Counted from the stretch's first letter, positions 26,739 to 42,635 are shown. The stretch is 64,000 nt of DNA from Chrysomallon squamiferum (GCA_012295275.1 CM022665.1:26226001-26290000); one strand, 5' to 3'. Numbers and translations are program-made. The notes: generated by a model not told the origin, from the sequence alone.

Positions 26739-27740
26739 TAAAATAAAATCTTATATGTTATGGCTGATTAATGCTTGACTGGTACTTTAGAGTTCTTAGC
26801 CTGTGCAGGATGTCTTCTTTATTTTCTACACTCATCACCCTGTTTGCTCACTGATAGCTTTTATGTTGAGAGAGATTTAAAATACATATAGATAATGTAT
26901 ACATTTAAACACACACTGGTGATGGTTTTAATATATTTCTCAAGGATTTGTAACCACAAGCCATTAAAAAAAAGGTTATAAAAATCAGTTTTCAGCAATA
27001 AACTGGATCATGAAAAAGAGCATTTAATTTAAATGCATCAGTATAAAAATATAAATATACATGTGCATGATACATTTACACAGAATACATACAAACATAC
27101 ATACATACATATATAAATATATATATGTTTTAGGCTTTTGAACCACTAGAGAACTATTCAGTAACAAAACACAGTATTTCTCACAAATCGCTTGTCTGGG
27201 GGACTACTTCATACCAGTTTTTTCTTGTAACCCCGAAGACAGACATTCAGCACGAATCCCCATAGGTTAATGAGAAAAACTTTTGAATCAACAGGCACCC
27301 TTGTGTTATTTTAATTCTGTAATGTTTAAACATGTGATATCTGCACTTGCTGGTAAAGGAAACTGAAAAATCATCTCCACTCAGTTTTATGCATTAAGAT
27401 ATTTCCTCAGTTTTGTGTTTGGTGATTTGTATGAACTTTTCAACACACGGTTAATGTAGCTGCTTCTTCGTGATTGACTGACTTGTGTCATTGTTACTGA
27501 AATATTTCATCATTTGTGTTCACAAATGTGAATCACAGACAACATTCTAGATACTGATCAGGTTGGAAGAAGATCATTATAGTGGCATCAAAAATTTAAC
27601 ATATCTTTCTTTCCAATAACGTTTAATGAAAGCAGAAATGATTTACAATCTCAAACAGCCATAATATTATCTTATATTTAACTTCTACATTGTGAATGTT
27701 ATTAGAAAGAAAAGGCTGAAGAGTCTTCTAAAGAGAAAAT

Positions 27741-27815
27741 ACTGGGTTATCTCCCATTCCAGCTAGACTCCCATGGTTGGTGCTTGAAAAGCTCTGTATT
27801 AAGTGTGTAATCTGT
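27741..27815 (+). mobile_element. SINE core fragment
   Basis: TGGGTTATCTCCCATTCCAGCTAGACTCCCATGGTTGG resembles the core of the other copies. Confidence 0.4.
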
Positions 27816-28531
27816 AACACTGTTGTATTAACATCAAAGTCAGTTGGCTACATGATATTGTTGCCTTTCTTTATCTGGAGTATTGGCTACAGTATTCAGA
27901 TTTTTAAAACTGTGTTGTTTTTTTGGTGTATTGTTGATACTTTATCATATTATGCTTGAATTATTATTATTATTATTAATTAGTTTTGATTAAAGTATTC
28001 TATTAAGAATTAATTGAATGTGTGCATATTTATATTAGCACTGGTCAGTTAAATTTGTTCATTAAAGTAAGAATGAAAATTTTCATTTAGAACCAAAATT
28101 AAAAAATAATAATAAAATAAAATCTACATACATACATATATATAAAACATTAAAAATAATAACAATAATAAGAATAATGATGAAAATGTTTTGAACTCTT
28201 TTATTCTGTCTTGAAAATGGCACCATTCCCCCAGATACATGATTCATATGCTTATTTATTTCGGTTAACTCTAATTAGTTTGTTTCCCTGTTCAGTGGGC
28301 CTTTCACATCAAAGATGTAGACTGTTCTGTTGAAAGATTCATTTATAACAATATAAAATTTCTAATTAGGAAGAACACCAGTCTACAGGGTGATGACAAT
28401 AGGTTTTTAACCATGTCAAAACAAAAAATAAATGTCATGTTTTTCGTTATTGGTGACATTTTCTTGTTGGTATTTCTGACAAAAAATAAAAATAGATAAA
28501 TAATAATAATAATAAATAAAAAAATGTTCGC

Positions 28532-28534
<3 letters not shown>

Positions 28535-28577
<43 letters not shown>
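28535..28577. repeat. (TG)n(AG)n microsatellite
   Basis: Seen directly. Confidence 0.95.
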
Positions 28578-31500
28578 TTTTTGATTTTCCCATCTGATAG
28601 AATAAATTAAAACAGTTACAAGACACTGATTTAAAAACTGCATGCAAGATTTATTTTAGTAGAAAAATATCAAAATGAAAATTGAATAAGAAAAACATTT
28701 CAAAACATATATCTGAACATTCATTATTTTTGAGAATGCAGCCATCTATTGGTATGGAAGCTAGCAAATAAACATTATATATGTCATAAACACTTTAAAA
28801 CGTGTGCTATGCAAATGAAATATTTAAGAAAAATTATTATTTCTTTTTTCTTTTATTTAAATGCTTATATATTAATGATGAAATTTCAGGTAGGGTATGT
28901 ATCACAGGTATGAGTGATGGACACAAATATTTAAGCTAAACACTGTGCAGACAGAAGAGAAGTCTTTTTACACAACATAGAGCAAGAAATTCTAATAAAA
29001 TCACGAATATAATAAATAAATAAATAAAAACAAAAAATAAATTTTATTTAATATTTCATTGCCAAAAAACATTCATAAACACTGACAAAATTTTTAATTT
29101 GAATAATTTCTGCAAGCAATGTCGGTGCTATCTGTATGCTGTTTATTTTCATGGCAATGTCAGTGCTGTTCCATGCAGTATTAAAACTACTATATAAAAA
29201 TTTCTTTCTCATGGCCCAAGCAAGGATCTAAGACACTGTTTCCAGCATGGCTTTAGTCACACATTGAAGGTCATATAACAATAACTTCTTTATATAAACA
29301 TCTACCTCCACAACAATAACCATATCACAACCATTGTTTATTCATTCCTTGGTGTTTATTTATTCTACAAACATATTTCATATTGCAACTCAGTATTTCC
29401 TCCCATTTATTTCCATATTAAATTAATTGGTTACAGTGTCACCCAGTTTGCAGTCTGAATTTTTTTTTCGGAACATTTGTCCTCATATTTATTTTCTTTC
29501 CAAATACTTTCCTAATACTTACCAGTGAGTACAGTGACATGATATCCAGTTTTATTGCAAGACTCTGAGCCCATTTAACAAGTCAGTCCAAAAACTCATA
29601 ATTTCTTTCATATGTGTCAGTGTTTGTTTATGTGTGATTATTACTGAAAACTAGAACAACATTTATCCTATTGAAATGCAAAGTGCATTAAACTTAAGTA
29701 TTGTTTTGTCAGGTTTCTTTAATTATGTGTTGTTAGGTGTGGTAGACTTTATGAGACTGTGTTAAGTATTGTTGCCAGATTTGGAGAAATAAGATGATTC
29801 GTAATTATAACTTATAAAGATCTGAATTTATAAATGAATGTAGATAATTTAATAGTTTAATGAAGCAAAATGCTATGTATAATATTAACATACAGTGTAC
29901 CTGTGACTGTACCAACAGTGTAAAAATATTTTGTAATACTTCCACTGGAATGTTTTCAGTTTATATCAACCTTTATTATCAATAAAAATAAATAACTTGA
30001 CCAGTCATTACTGCTTATAAAGTAACAAACCCAAAATAATCTGAGGCTGATATTAAATTTGTTTAAAAATAAGTTATGGTAGGTTGAGTAAATCAGTCAT
30101 GGTAGGCTATTTTGTTTGAAATGATGTTACGAAGTAAGAAAGGATTTCAGCTAATATTCATGTTGTTAATTACTGCTGCAGCTAACTGTTAATAGTTTCA
30201 GGAACTGAAATTTAAAAATGTACAAATTTGATCTGCTAATCTTAAAGCCAATACGTTAAACAAAGTTGGGCAACTTTTCTCTTTTTTATTCATTTTTTGT
30301 CCTCATAAATATCATTGCTTGTTACATTTATTAACTTTTTTGTTTGTTGTTGTTTATTTTTATTTATTTATTTTATTATTATTGAGGGTGTTTTTTGTTG
30401 GTGTTGTTTTTTTGTTTTTTTTTGTTACATTTTTAAAATATGAGTTAAACCAAACTTAACCTAATAATGTTTAACAAGCCAGTTTGTTTTACTTTAAAAC
30501 ATTCACAGTGAGACTAATGACATTTTCAACAGAAAGTGATGTAAAAACACAGTTTTATACTAATGAGAAGGATTGCAGTCTGAATAACTGACATTTGTTT
30601 ATTGAACTTTGGACATTATTTTCAAGTTAAATGTTGTAAACACTTTCATGTATTTATGTTCAGATCACCATCTTAGTCTAAATGTTTGTCTTACAGCTTA
30701 TTGTGACTAACTTGTCCAGGCAATTAAAACTATTTCAGACTGTACTATTTACCTATATATTTGTGTTGTATCCACAAGATCTGGACCATCTGTTCATGTT
30801 TTGGCAACTTTCCTCCACCTCTATAATAGTTTGCTGCATTCAAGCCTACTACAAATACACAAGGAAAAGAAAAACTATCTCTTTTCACAGTGTGCCAAGA
30901 ATACAGCACTATCTCGTGTAAACTGCCTATTTTATTTGCTTTATAATGGTTTGTTTCTTGTCTTAACATCAAGGCATAAAAACCTCAAAGGTACATTACC
31001 TGCATTTTGTGATGAATGTTATGGGATGTTGGTTTCTGATGTGATTGTCTGAACGGTGAATAACAGAGAAATGATTACAAGATGACTGTTCACATACCAC
31101 TGATGCAGAACGATGTATAAAATAAATACACGAGATAATCAGAAATATAGAAATTGCACAAACATTGTCTACAAAATGTGGCTTTCATATTAGCAGACTG
31201 GTTTTGCAGTAAATGTGTTTGTACACAGGATATAATATGCATGCCATGAACATTATAACAATATGAAGACAAGACATCAGTCAGGCGGTATTTTGAATGA
31301 AATGATCTTTATCCATTACATTTATTGCTAGTTCTAAAATAATTTTACAGCACAATATAATAAGCTATACAGATGCAGTTTCACACAGAATAAAGCAAAT
31401 GTTTATAAACTTATTATATATGAAAATAATTTTGTTATTTTTTACAAATGGTGGTTCTAAAAAACTTTTATTTGTTTGTAGTTTTTATAATTTCATATAA

Positions 31501-32892
31501 TCTAAAGCAAATATTTTTAGAGTATTAAGACTAAAAGAAATTATTATAATAAAGAAACGTATCTGAGTTTTCTATTTTTAGTTGAAAAATAATAACTTAA
31601 ACAATTTCATAATATAAAACAGAATGTTTTTAAAGTGTTTGATGTTTATTTTTTATATCTATCAGAAGAATAATAACAATAGTTTTAACCTTATAGTTAA
31701 TGAATATAGAAATAAAGAAAATAACAAATGAATTATGTATATGTATAATCGTAAATTCTTTTTTTTTTTTTTTTTTTTTTTTTTTGTAAAGGAAAAAGTT
31801 CTTAACCTTATGATTGCACAAAAAAAGGAAAAGAAAAAACAGCAACAACAATTTTTTTTTATAAAAGACATAATCAACAAAAACAGTATGTGTTGCAGAT
31901 ATCTGAAAAATACAATGGCAGCTGTTCTGGCTTTTAATCTGATGATAAAAATGAATAAATAATAAAACAACAAAAACAGCATGTATGCATGTTGTATATT
32001 AATATAGCAACTAGCATGTGAAAAGCCTGTGAAAAACAAAAACATAGTTTGCTTTTATTATTATTTGATTTAATCATCTCTTCATTAACATATAGAACAC
32101 ATTGCCATTTATAGGAGAGAAATAAAAAGTAAGTCTGTGGAATCCTTGGGCATGCATATTAATGAACAATACAAGCCTAAGATAATGGATATTACATGTA
32201 CTTGTTGATGTCAGCATTGCATGATGAAGTTGCTGTGTTGTGTTGGAATTTCAAAGTAATGATCAGTAGCATGCAATTTGCTTCTAATTAGTTACAGGTC
32301 ATGATCTAATTGTTTCTTGCACTGTATACCTGCATCACATCACCTGAATCATTATCCTGATATTTAGTAGTCACAATATATAATGATGATGATGATGATG
32401 GTGGTGATAATGATAATAATAAATATTCTAAAGCATATTCCCAAATTTTAAGCTAGCATGTTTAATACATTAAAGAGACTTGCTTTTGGACATTTTCTAA
32501 ATCAAACAGCAGAGTTGTAAACAGTACTAGTTTAATTTTAGAAACAGAACTGCAAGAGCTTATCTTTTAAACATTAATTAGCAATAATTTGATAAAAGTA
32601 TAAGATTATTGCTAATTAACTTTTTTCTTCTTCAAATCCTCATATGAAAAAACGTTGTACACTGAGCCGTGATTAGAATTTTTTTAACAATTTGTTAGAC
32701 CAACTCATCTATACTTGTGAATGATCCATAACATAAACTGTTAGTCTAACCTTAACCCTCTAACCAGTCTACTTGAATTCTGCATCATGGAATGAATTGG
32801 GAGTCCAATGATTTGTTTTAAAACTAAAATAAACAAAGATATCAAAATACATTTTTTTTTTTGTCTTTCCTTTTTCTTTTCTTTTCTTTCTT

Positions 32893-32928
<36 letters not shown>

Positions 32929-35900
32929 CATATAAGTTATATAACTGAAGGACTTTATTTTTAAAAAAATGTCATAAAAATTCCATGATAAAAAATTTAT
33001 TTAGAACTGCTTCCCCAAATACTTGTAATAGCAGTTTTATTTTATAATTTTTCAATGTTTTTACTTTCTAATAAATGTGATATGATCATGCACAGTTTAA
33101 AATTGGAATAAATAATTACTGAAACACCAAGTCTGCAATGTTTGCTCTTGTTTGGATAGAATCAGTTGTTAATTCCATGAACAAACTATTTCATCTCTCC
33201 GAGCTGTGAGGCAGAATAATAAAAAGCTGTTATGGCTTCCCCAAATAGCAGAAATAATTGTTTCTCTTTGCCCTTTGAAAGTGTAATAAATTTAACTGCA
33301 TTTTATTATGATTTTTTCCTTCACTGTTTTTTTTTGTTTGTTTTTTTCACTTAGGAAAAGAAAAAGGGTTTACTACAGAACATGAAAGAAATCATTCGTA
33401 AATTATGCTAGCAGTATCTGCCTATTTAAATGGAAATTATTTAGATGACTGAAATATAAAATTGATTATAACTTTCATTTCATGAAAAAAGTAATATATT
33501 GCATTCAGATTATATACACATTAGAAAAGGTTGGAAAAACTGTTTAGTCTCTATAATAAATCTTAAATGGAAAGAAGAAAAAAAAATGTATTTCTTTAAA
33601 TGTTTCAATATAGATCATTAATAAATGAACATGACTAGAATATGTTTCAAAAATCATTTTGTAATTTTATATTAATAATGTCAACTGTAAAAATTCACAA
33701 TTCTATTTTCTTTCATATTTTTTGCAGTACAGTTTTAGTTCTCTTTTTCTTTTTAATATATCAAATATGGATCACGAAAACATGGAATCCATCATGAATC
33801 TTTCAGTGTTTGGTTAACCAATGTTTTTTTTTAATATAATTACAACTTGAAAGTTGTGCAACACAATAATGGTATTACCTCTCTTTTCTAAAAATCTGGA
33901 TCTGCCTTTATTTTTCTGTTGTCATGATTCCATGTAAATAATGCAGAAAGTAAATAGAAAGCTATTTTAAATTTGAAATATTTTATAATTTTACAAAAAA
34001 AGAAAGACAAAAGGCAATACAACTCCCCCAAAATTAAGAACAAAAAAAATTGATACCAAAATATTAAGGAAAAAAAAAGAAAGAAGAAAATGTATTTGAT
34101 TTGATTTTATATATTTTATTTATTGATTTTATATATTTATTTATTAGGTGCATACAAATGCCTTAGACTTTTTATGATTTATTTATTTATTTATTTATCA
34201 TTACTATTATTTTTTCTTGATAATAAAATTCATTGATCCTCAACAAAATGCACATTATTATAAGGTGCCACTCAATGCATTTCTGTATTCACATGTAAAA
34301 TATCATGTTAAGTCCCTTATGTACCAACATAACATGTATACCTATGTATTACTCTATCATGTGTATTATAATATTTATGAACTGCATAATTATGTTACAG
34401 GATTGATTGATACTACTCTGACATGCTGTATTCTAGAAACGACAATGATTCAGCTTTTGTCATTAATTTAATATGGCATTCAATTTCAGACTGTATATTA
34501 GGTAATATTTTGCAGCTTGAATGGTGTTATGAATGTACTCAAATTAAGGAAATGCATTAGATATGTTTAACAGTACTTACACTAAAGTGAACCAGGGTTT
34601 CATAATTACAGATATTTTCTGTTATAAAATTAATATATTTTGCAAGACTTGTAATGAATGCCAGTTAGTATAAATAGATTCAAAATTTTATAAATGATTT
34701 TATGTCATTCCAAAAAATATTAGAGAAAACAAAAAAATAAATAAAATTAAAATTACAGCAAAATAAATGAAATAATTAAATTAAGTAATTAAGTAAAATT
34801 GAAAATTAAAAAGAAAACAAAGTTTAGACAAATGTTTAGTTATATTTATATATCTAAGTCAAATACAAATGAAAAACATTTAAAAAAAAAACCAAAAGAA
34901 AACAACAGAAAAAATCCAATAACAAATAAATAAATGAAAAACACCAACTTACTTAGATGTTTTAACACAAATAAGTCTTATTATGCTCTTTATTAGACAG
35001 TTTTAAAACATTTAATGTATAGGTATAAAAAATATAATTTTTTTCTTTATTATATTCAGGTGGAATCTCATGACAACCTAAACTGTTCTTTTATGAATTA
35101 TTTCTTCCACAATACCCACTTTTATGTATGTGTCTGTCAGTAGATTGTTTGACTGAATCCAAGTCATAAACCAGCCAACAGAGAACACTTTCTACACATC
35201 AGTTGTATATTCCCAAGAGAGCATTCAAACTTCCTCCTTCAGATCTGGCTCATTTCAGTCTGACAAATGCTCTCACAAGGTAATGGCTCACAGTCCATTT
35301 AATGTGCTTTTCCAACTCTCTTCTTTATATATTTTTTTACCTTCTTCTGTTTTTCATGTCTGCCAGGTATTTTTTTTTAAATGGTTTTCTCTTCCATTTT
35401 CATTGCAATTTATTTAAATTTCTCAATGGCTAAATTGAAAGTTTTACCATTTTATTTGATGGCTGTTCATAAAAATTGTTACACAATTGCTTCTTTAAGT
35501 TTTCATTATGTTGTATAGGTTGCTTTGATGAAAAAGCTGTTTTTTAATATAGAAGGGTACCCCATGGATTTAAGTGTTTGATAAAAGATAAAACAAGATT
35601 GTTATACATCAGGACTAAATGTCTGATTGTCTTATAAACCTAGATACGTGACAAGATCAGATTTTCATTGTAAATGTTTTTGAAAATATATCAGATATCT
35701 TCTAATTCATGTATATATTGATTTAGCATGCATGGCATTCAACAATCTTTTCAAACATGTATATAATGTATAACAAACATGCAATATATTGATCTATTTA
35801 GCAAATATCTTTACATGTTACTGAAGTATTATTTATTTTTATTTTTCTTACTTCTGAATGTTACAGTATTCTAAATGTTGTTATAGTTATTTTTTTTTTT

Positions 35901-35929
35901 AAAGTAAACCTGTTTGTTTTTATAAATTA

Positions 35930-36345
35930 TTATTATTATATCATGACTACCAATATTACCATATACTTTGTTTTTTTACTATTACCATTAGTATATAGTA
36001 CTCTTTAGTAATAATAGTGGTAATAGTAGTACTTTGTAATGCTATTATTACTAACTGCTATGAGTTCTGCTACTATTAACATTACTAATATTATTAATTA
36101 ATTCTACTACTCTCATTAATAAGAACTGTTACTATTATTAACATTACTAATTACCATTACTTATACTACTCTCACTATTACCACTGTTACTATGACTAAC
36201 TACTTTTACATCTACTACTATCATTACTATAGACTAGTACTATTATTAGTACTAAAATGAGTGACTAATATTGCTGCTGCTGCTAAGATTACTACTATCA
36301 TTAGTAATATTATTACTCAGATTATCAACAACAGATTATTAATAA
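35930..36345. repeat. Degenerate ACT/ATT trinucleotide low-complexity tract
   Basis: Cryptic (ACT/ATT/AGT)n periodicity. Confidence 0.75.
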
Positions 36346-37517
36346 AAAAAATAAAAAAAATGTATGACATTTATGCATTTCTTCTCTTATTTATAAAATA
36401 AACAATCACTTTGGAATACAGACTGCTTAAAGCTTAAAGAATAAAAAACAAATTAAATTTTTATTTTTATTATAATCACTGATGTGATTGCTCTAGCATA
36501 TGCAGGAATTAATTTACTTGTATTATTGTTGTTATTTTTATAACCTTAATTCATGGTATAATAGCAGACTAGTAATTATATATCTATTTTTAAAAAACCC
36601 CACAAAAAACAACAACACAAAAGAGTCAGTGCATTAAATGCTGAACTATTTGATATTCTTGCTTTTGTTAAATGATTATGTTATAATGTTTAATAGAGAA
36701 ATATGTTTAAAGCTGATAGTAAAAATATATTACCAGTATCATAGAACAACAGATGTGCAGTTTAAAGATTGATCTTTTAAAATCTCTGATTTATTCCTTT
36801 TAAGATAAAAACACCAATATTCTGTTTGAAACTGATTCCAGTCACTGATATCTATATGATATTCTGCTGTATTATTAATTCCATCACATTACATGGAGAA
36901 CCACAACCCTCTGATTATACAAGATTTGAGAGAATCATGGAAATTGCAGTGGGACTGAACATGTATTCTGGAGTAATGCTGCTAATTAATTGCTCACTGT
37001 GTGGCAACAGATAATTGATATTGCAAGGCAGGAAATTAAATCGTGGTTTAATCAGACTTAGAATCAAATTATTTCACTATTGCATTCCTGGCTTAGAGGT
37101 TCATAACGTGCAACATATCTTATGCAAGTACAAGAATTAATCTGAGATGCAGCAATAAACAAAAAGGTTCTCGGGTCAAGAAATAGTTCATTCAGATTTC
37201 AGTCAAAGGTAAAATTGCCTCAAGAAAAAAATGATGTTAATCCCTTTAGGATCTCAAATACGAAAATTAATTAAAAAAACATTAAAATATATATAATGTT
37301 AGAAATATATTTTGTTAATTAAAACTGTGGTTATCTACCATTTGGTAGAAGACAATGAAATCATAACTAAAACATACAGTAAACATACAAACATTTTATT
37401 TTTAATACAAGATCATCATATGCATATTTAAAAAAAAAAACATTCAGTTAAATACAATACAAAAATGTATGTATGTACTTAAGTGAATATTGTTAAAACA
37501 GAAAAGTTATTATATAA

Positions 37518-37553
37518 ACACACACACACACACACACATGGAAACCATTATTA

Positions 37554-37593
<40 letters not shown>
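37518..37593. repeat. (CA)n and (ATT)n microsatellites
   Basis: Seen directly. Confidence 0.9.
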
Positions 37594-38716
37594 TAAATAC
37601 AATAAAAGCTCAGGAAAACCACTTTATATTAATGAAAAACTGACATAAGAGCTTAAATAAATGTCTTATAACAACAGCAGCATCAACAATAACTACTACT
37701 ACTGCAACTGCTATTACCGCTGCCTCTTCTAATACTTACTGCTACTACATTTACTACTACTACTATTATTAATAATGATGATGAATAAGTAACCTATGAA
37801 GCCTTGCCAGCTTTCTTCTTTCTGAATACTGTTTTATAGGTAATGTCACAAACTGACATCAGCTTTTATGTGAGTATTCAAACAATGTATAATTCACACC
37901 TGACATCATTGTACAGAAACAAGGTATGCTGTTTGCTGTTAAAATCACTGACTTTTGGCAGTTGCTTTAAACCAGCCGTGGCACCAACGTCACAGATTTA
38001 GGAATTCCCTGCCAGCGTTTGTTTGCATGATGCATCTGGACAGGAGGACACCTGTTTAGTGTGGTGGAATGTACAGAACAGAATACGCAGCAGCATCAAC
38101 ATGCTGGTGAATGGCAAAGAATGTTAGATTTTTAAATTTCTATTTTATTTTATTATTATTATTATTATTATTTTTTTTTTTTTTACATTTTAGGAAGAAC
38201 TGATAGACTGTTTAACAGACACAAGAACTGTTTAAAAATGAATTAATAAATATTTGTTTAACAAAAGTTCATCACATTAATATTAAAAGTTATTAGACAT
38301 CAAACATGTTTGTTTTGTTTGGATTTTTATTTTATTTTATTTTTTATCAATATCTCAATAAAATAATATAAAAAGTTAGTAATTATTGTGAAACGTTTTT
38401 TCTGTGATTTTTTTGTTTTTTTTGTTTTTTTGTTTTTATAATATGTTTTTAATGTAATGGTGACATCTGATTAAAGATACTACTACTACTTCATAGATGT
38501 CTAAAAGCAAAGAACCTTTTAACTATCATGTAAAAAGAACACTGCAGGTTAGACCTCGAAAATAACCTACCAAACATACCAAATAGGACTGTTACTTGAT
38601 TATTTATACTTTAGAGGTAACTGCCAGAATGGGTTGCATAAATACAAGTATTAAATAATAGAAAATTATAATAATACTAAAACGAAATATGACAATGATA
38701 ATAATAATGAATATAA

Positions 38717-38882
38717 TAAAACCAAACATTTTGTTCTGAAAATAATGGTTTTGTCTTGAAATTAATCCATTTATAACAACAGTGACCACAGCAACAGTAA
38801 TAATAATGATAACAATAATTGTATGAAATGAATGATTAAACCAAACAATTTTGTTCTCAGAATATTGGTTTTATCTTGAAAT
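38717..38882. repeat. Direct repeat of a ~45-bp core at 120-bp spacing
   Basis: TAAA(A)CCAAACA(A)TTTTGTTCT...AATA.TGGTTTT.TCTTGAAAT at 38717-38762 and 38837-38882. Confidence 0.8.
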
Positions 38883-40602
38883 ATTATTAACAATAACAAC
38901 AACAATGATAAAAAAAAATAATAATAATAAAAGAAAATATATGTATATGTATTTATAACAATTATGATAATAGTTACCAAATAAACTATTAAACCAATCT
39001 CTTCTTCTTCTCTCTCTCTCTCTCTCAAAATAAAGTTCTGTCTTAAAATAAAACAATTTAATTATTGAAAACCTTCTATCATGCAGATTTATATGTTACA
39101 CGTGACTGGTGAATAATTCTTTTTGATATTCAAGCTGGTAAAGATTGACCTGACAACAAAACTTAGGCTGTATCCAGAGGTAACCTGATAATTATATCTA
39201 CCAGCGTGCTTGCTGTGGTCACACAGACATAACTCGGTGAAAATTAACTATCTGGAAATTACCTGTCTGAAAACAGCCATTGTGACATACTGCATCATTG
39301 TCCCCTGATAATAAACATTAGTGATACATCAGAATGCATCTTGCTTTTTTGTACCGCAGCATTGTAAATGTTTAATTATGTAACTAGCAAAGATAAAAAT
39401 ACAAAAGAAGCAAATGCTGATTGTAATGAAGCAGGATTAATTTAGGTGCTGCATGTCATTGTGAATAATTTAAAAACAAGCCAAATCTCTTGAAGCATGG
39501 AATAATAATTGTTATTTGTTTTTTGTAAGATGCAAGAAAGGGTTTTATTTGCTGAACTGCTTTTAATACGGTTGGAATAGTTTGAAAATGTATTATTTAA
39601 AAAGTAAATATTGGATCGTATTTTGCTGTATTTGTTTTTATTTATTTTGTTATGGTTTTTGGTAAAAAGAGTTTGTTTTTATTATTCTAATTTATTTATT
39701 TATTTATTTTTGTTCTTTTGTTTTTGTTGTTATTGTTGTTTAAAATTTATTTTACTTTTGGAATAAAATTGGAGATAAAAACCACACTGCATCATTGTGT
39801 ATATCCAAATCATTGTGTTATATTCCTTTAAACTGGAAGAGAAAAGTGTTTTTTAATATACGTATTTATTTATTTTATTTAATACTGAAGAAAAATAGTT
39901 CATATTTCATAACACAGTACTTTGATGTTACATTCAGTAGTGTTCTATAAACTGGGTTTTCTTATCTTTAACATAATAATCTTCTGCAAGCTATTTTTCT
40001 TTTACAGTGTTCAAATTTAAAGAACAGTTACAAATGACAACCAACAATAAGCTAATTCTGATAGAAAAGGAACATTCTGGATGGAATCTTTTTTTTTTTT
40101 TTTTTTTTTTGGTATTTCCAAATTGTTATCTTTTTTTTTTTTTTTTTTGTTTCCCCATCTGATTTAGCTGTGTGATAGCCATTGGTTGAAGATGTATGTG
40201 AAAGCTGGAAATGTTGCTGTCAAATCTGTTTGATTAAACTGAAAAAAGAAAATCAAAATTCAGTCAAAAATGAATTGGATTTCACACTAAAAATGGTTTC
40301 TGTGTATTTTCACTGGAGCTACTCACTGTCCAAGAATAATTTTTATTGATAGTGGATTCCAGAATTATTATCAAACAAATAAACAGTTGTACCTTCTGTT
40401 GTAAATATTTGTGTGTACAAGGTTTTTATGATGTCATGTACACCAACTGTAGATATTCTGTATGCTGGAAAAATGCCATGTATACATTTCTGTTTTATTT
40501 GTGAAGATTAAATATTACAACTTTCTCTAATTTCAATCATTTTCAAAAACATTTGATAATGTTTTTGTGTAAACATGTGTACATTGGCACATTCTTACAA
40601 TC

Positions 40603-40695
40603 CTATCTATCTATCTATCTATCTATCTATATATACATATGTGTGAATATATATATGTACACATATATATGGATATATATATATGTATGTATGTA

Positions 40696-40734
<39 letters not shown>

Positions 40735-40742
40735 TTACACAT
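40603..40742. repeat. Compound (CTAT)n/(TA)n/(TG)n tract
   Basis: Seen directly. Confidence 0.88.
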
Positions 40743-42632
40743 GCAAGAATTATATTAAATAAATGCTGATTTTCAAATAATAACTGATAGCGTTAGTAGC
40801 TGTCAGTGACAGTTATTCTGAACTGATTTTCAAAGTTTATTTAAACAAATTTCATCATTTTATCTACAGATTCCATACATTTAGTTTCTATCTTGGGCAG
40901 AATGCTGTCAGAATAAGACTGGCTAAAATTAATGTACCCACACTCACATCAGTAATACAATGTATGCAACAAAAACAAACACATCATGTTCAAAAACAAA
41001 ATTATTTATCTTGTTATATTTTTCTAGTTTCTAAATATATAAATCCCAGTATTCAGCTGTACTTATGGGTGTAAGAAAAAGAAACATCAGTAGTTTCTGG
41101 TTAAGACTTGAGTTTTTGATTAGTTTTCCACATACAGAATACAGATAAATCTGCCACAAAGATCATACATCTTGTATAACAACCCTTCACTTATGAAACA
41201 TTACCATTTTTCATTTTGTGTGTATTTATTCTGCAAGGTCATATATTTTACAGTACAATTAAACCTGCAACATGAAACATTGTATATGACTGTTGTTTTA
41301 TAATAAAAATCAGACTAAAGGTGATTTCCCATCCTTTCTTTCTAAATAAACAAAAATATTTCACTAGCTGTAGCTGTATGTTTTCGTATTTTCTGTTTGA
41401 AGTAGTAACAAAAAGACCTACCACGATATTTTGAAAATATTTTTCCAATTTCCACTGAGAATAAATAAACTATTTGTAAAACCAATGACAACAGCAGTAA
41501 TAATAATAATAATAATAATAATAGTAGTAGTAACAGATACTAAATGATAGATGGTAAAAATGTATTTGTACTCATTATAATAACAGAAAAAACACCTAAC
41601 ATCTACAAAAAATATGCATGTGATTCACAGTGGAATATTTTAAAAGTATTTTCCAGTATTTCTAGATATATTACAGAAAATTAATAACTTGTAAATATAG
41701 TGACAGTTGGTTTTAGTTATGTTTTCTTTTGTTTTAATGAATTTATAATATCCCTGAAATAAAGAAACTAAATTTGACAGTATTTACAAAATGAATGTAA
41801 AACACAGAATGATACTGAAGATGTATCATTGCTATATTATACACAGGTGCCTTGCACTTCCAGTACAAGTTAATAATATCTTTATCCATACGTACTTAAT
41901 TATTTTATACAGAAGGTAATATTCATATTGTGGTTGATTGTCAGCATTATAGTATACTGAGAGGTTTCCACATTTCTATCTATGAAAATTCATTGCAAAA
42001 TGTATTATGGTTTTATAACAAGAGAAAATACAAATATATTATTTAATACAAGTCTTTATCTCCATAATGTGTTTGAAATGTAAAATACAATTAGAAAAAA
42101 AAGAAGAAAATTCTATACATATGTTTTACATTCTATGCAAATAACAAATACATATATATTCTAAATATATTAAACCTTCAGATTATATATTATCAGCTTT
42201 AGTCTTTATACTGAACAAATCAGTTTATTTTTCCTATATGAATTGTATCAGTAAATTTTAAACAGTTATTTGTATTTTACAATACCCATGAGTGAAGCTG
42301 AAGGCTGGACCTGCTTGTTAGTGTTAACAGTAACAGCAGACAGACTTTCATGACTGTTAACCAAAAGACTGGACAGTGGTCAGCCACATTGCTAATTATA
42401 GGTGAGGATGGATAGACTGATGAGAGAAGCTGGACCATTTGGTGTTTATTGCTGACCAAGTGCTGACCATTAGGAACATCTCTTTAAGTGTATTTTTTAT
42501 GGCTTTTTGGTGTAAAATGAATTTACTGACAGACAGATTTCTGGTCAAGTTGTTGATATGTGAATACACAGCTTACTGACAAGCTTTCTGTTTTGAAAAT
42601 AATTTGAAATTTTTAGATTCTTAAATTATTTG

Positions 42633-42635
<3 letters not shown>

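Noticed and set aside
42350-42401. Plus-strand initial exon MTVNQKTGQWSATLLII with donor AG|gtgagg
   Set aside because: No homology, no promoter-like context and no downstream exon found.
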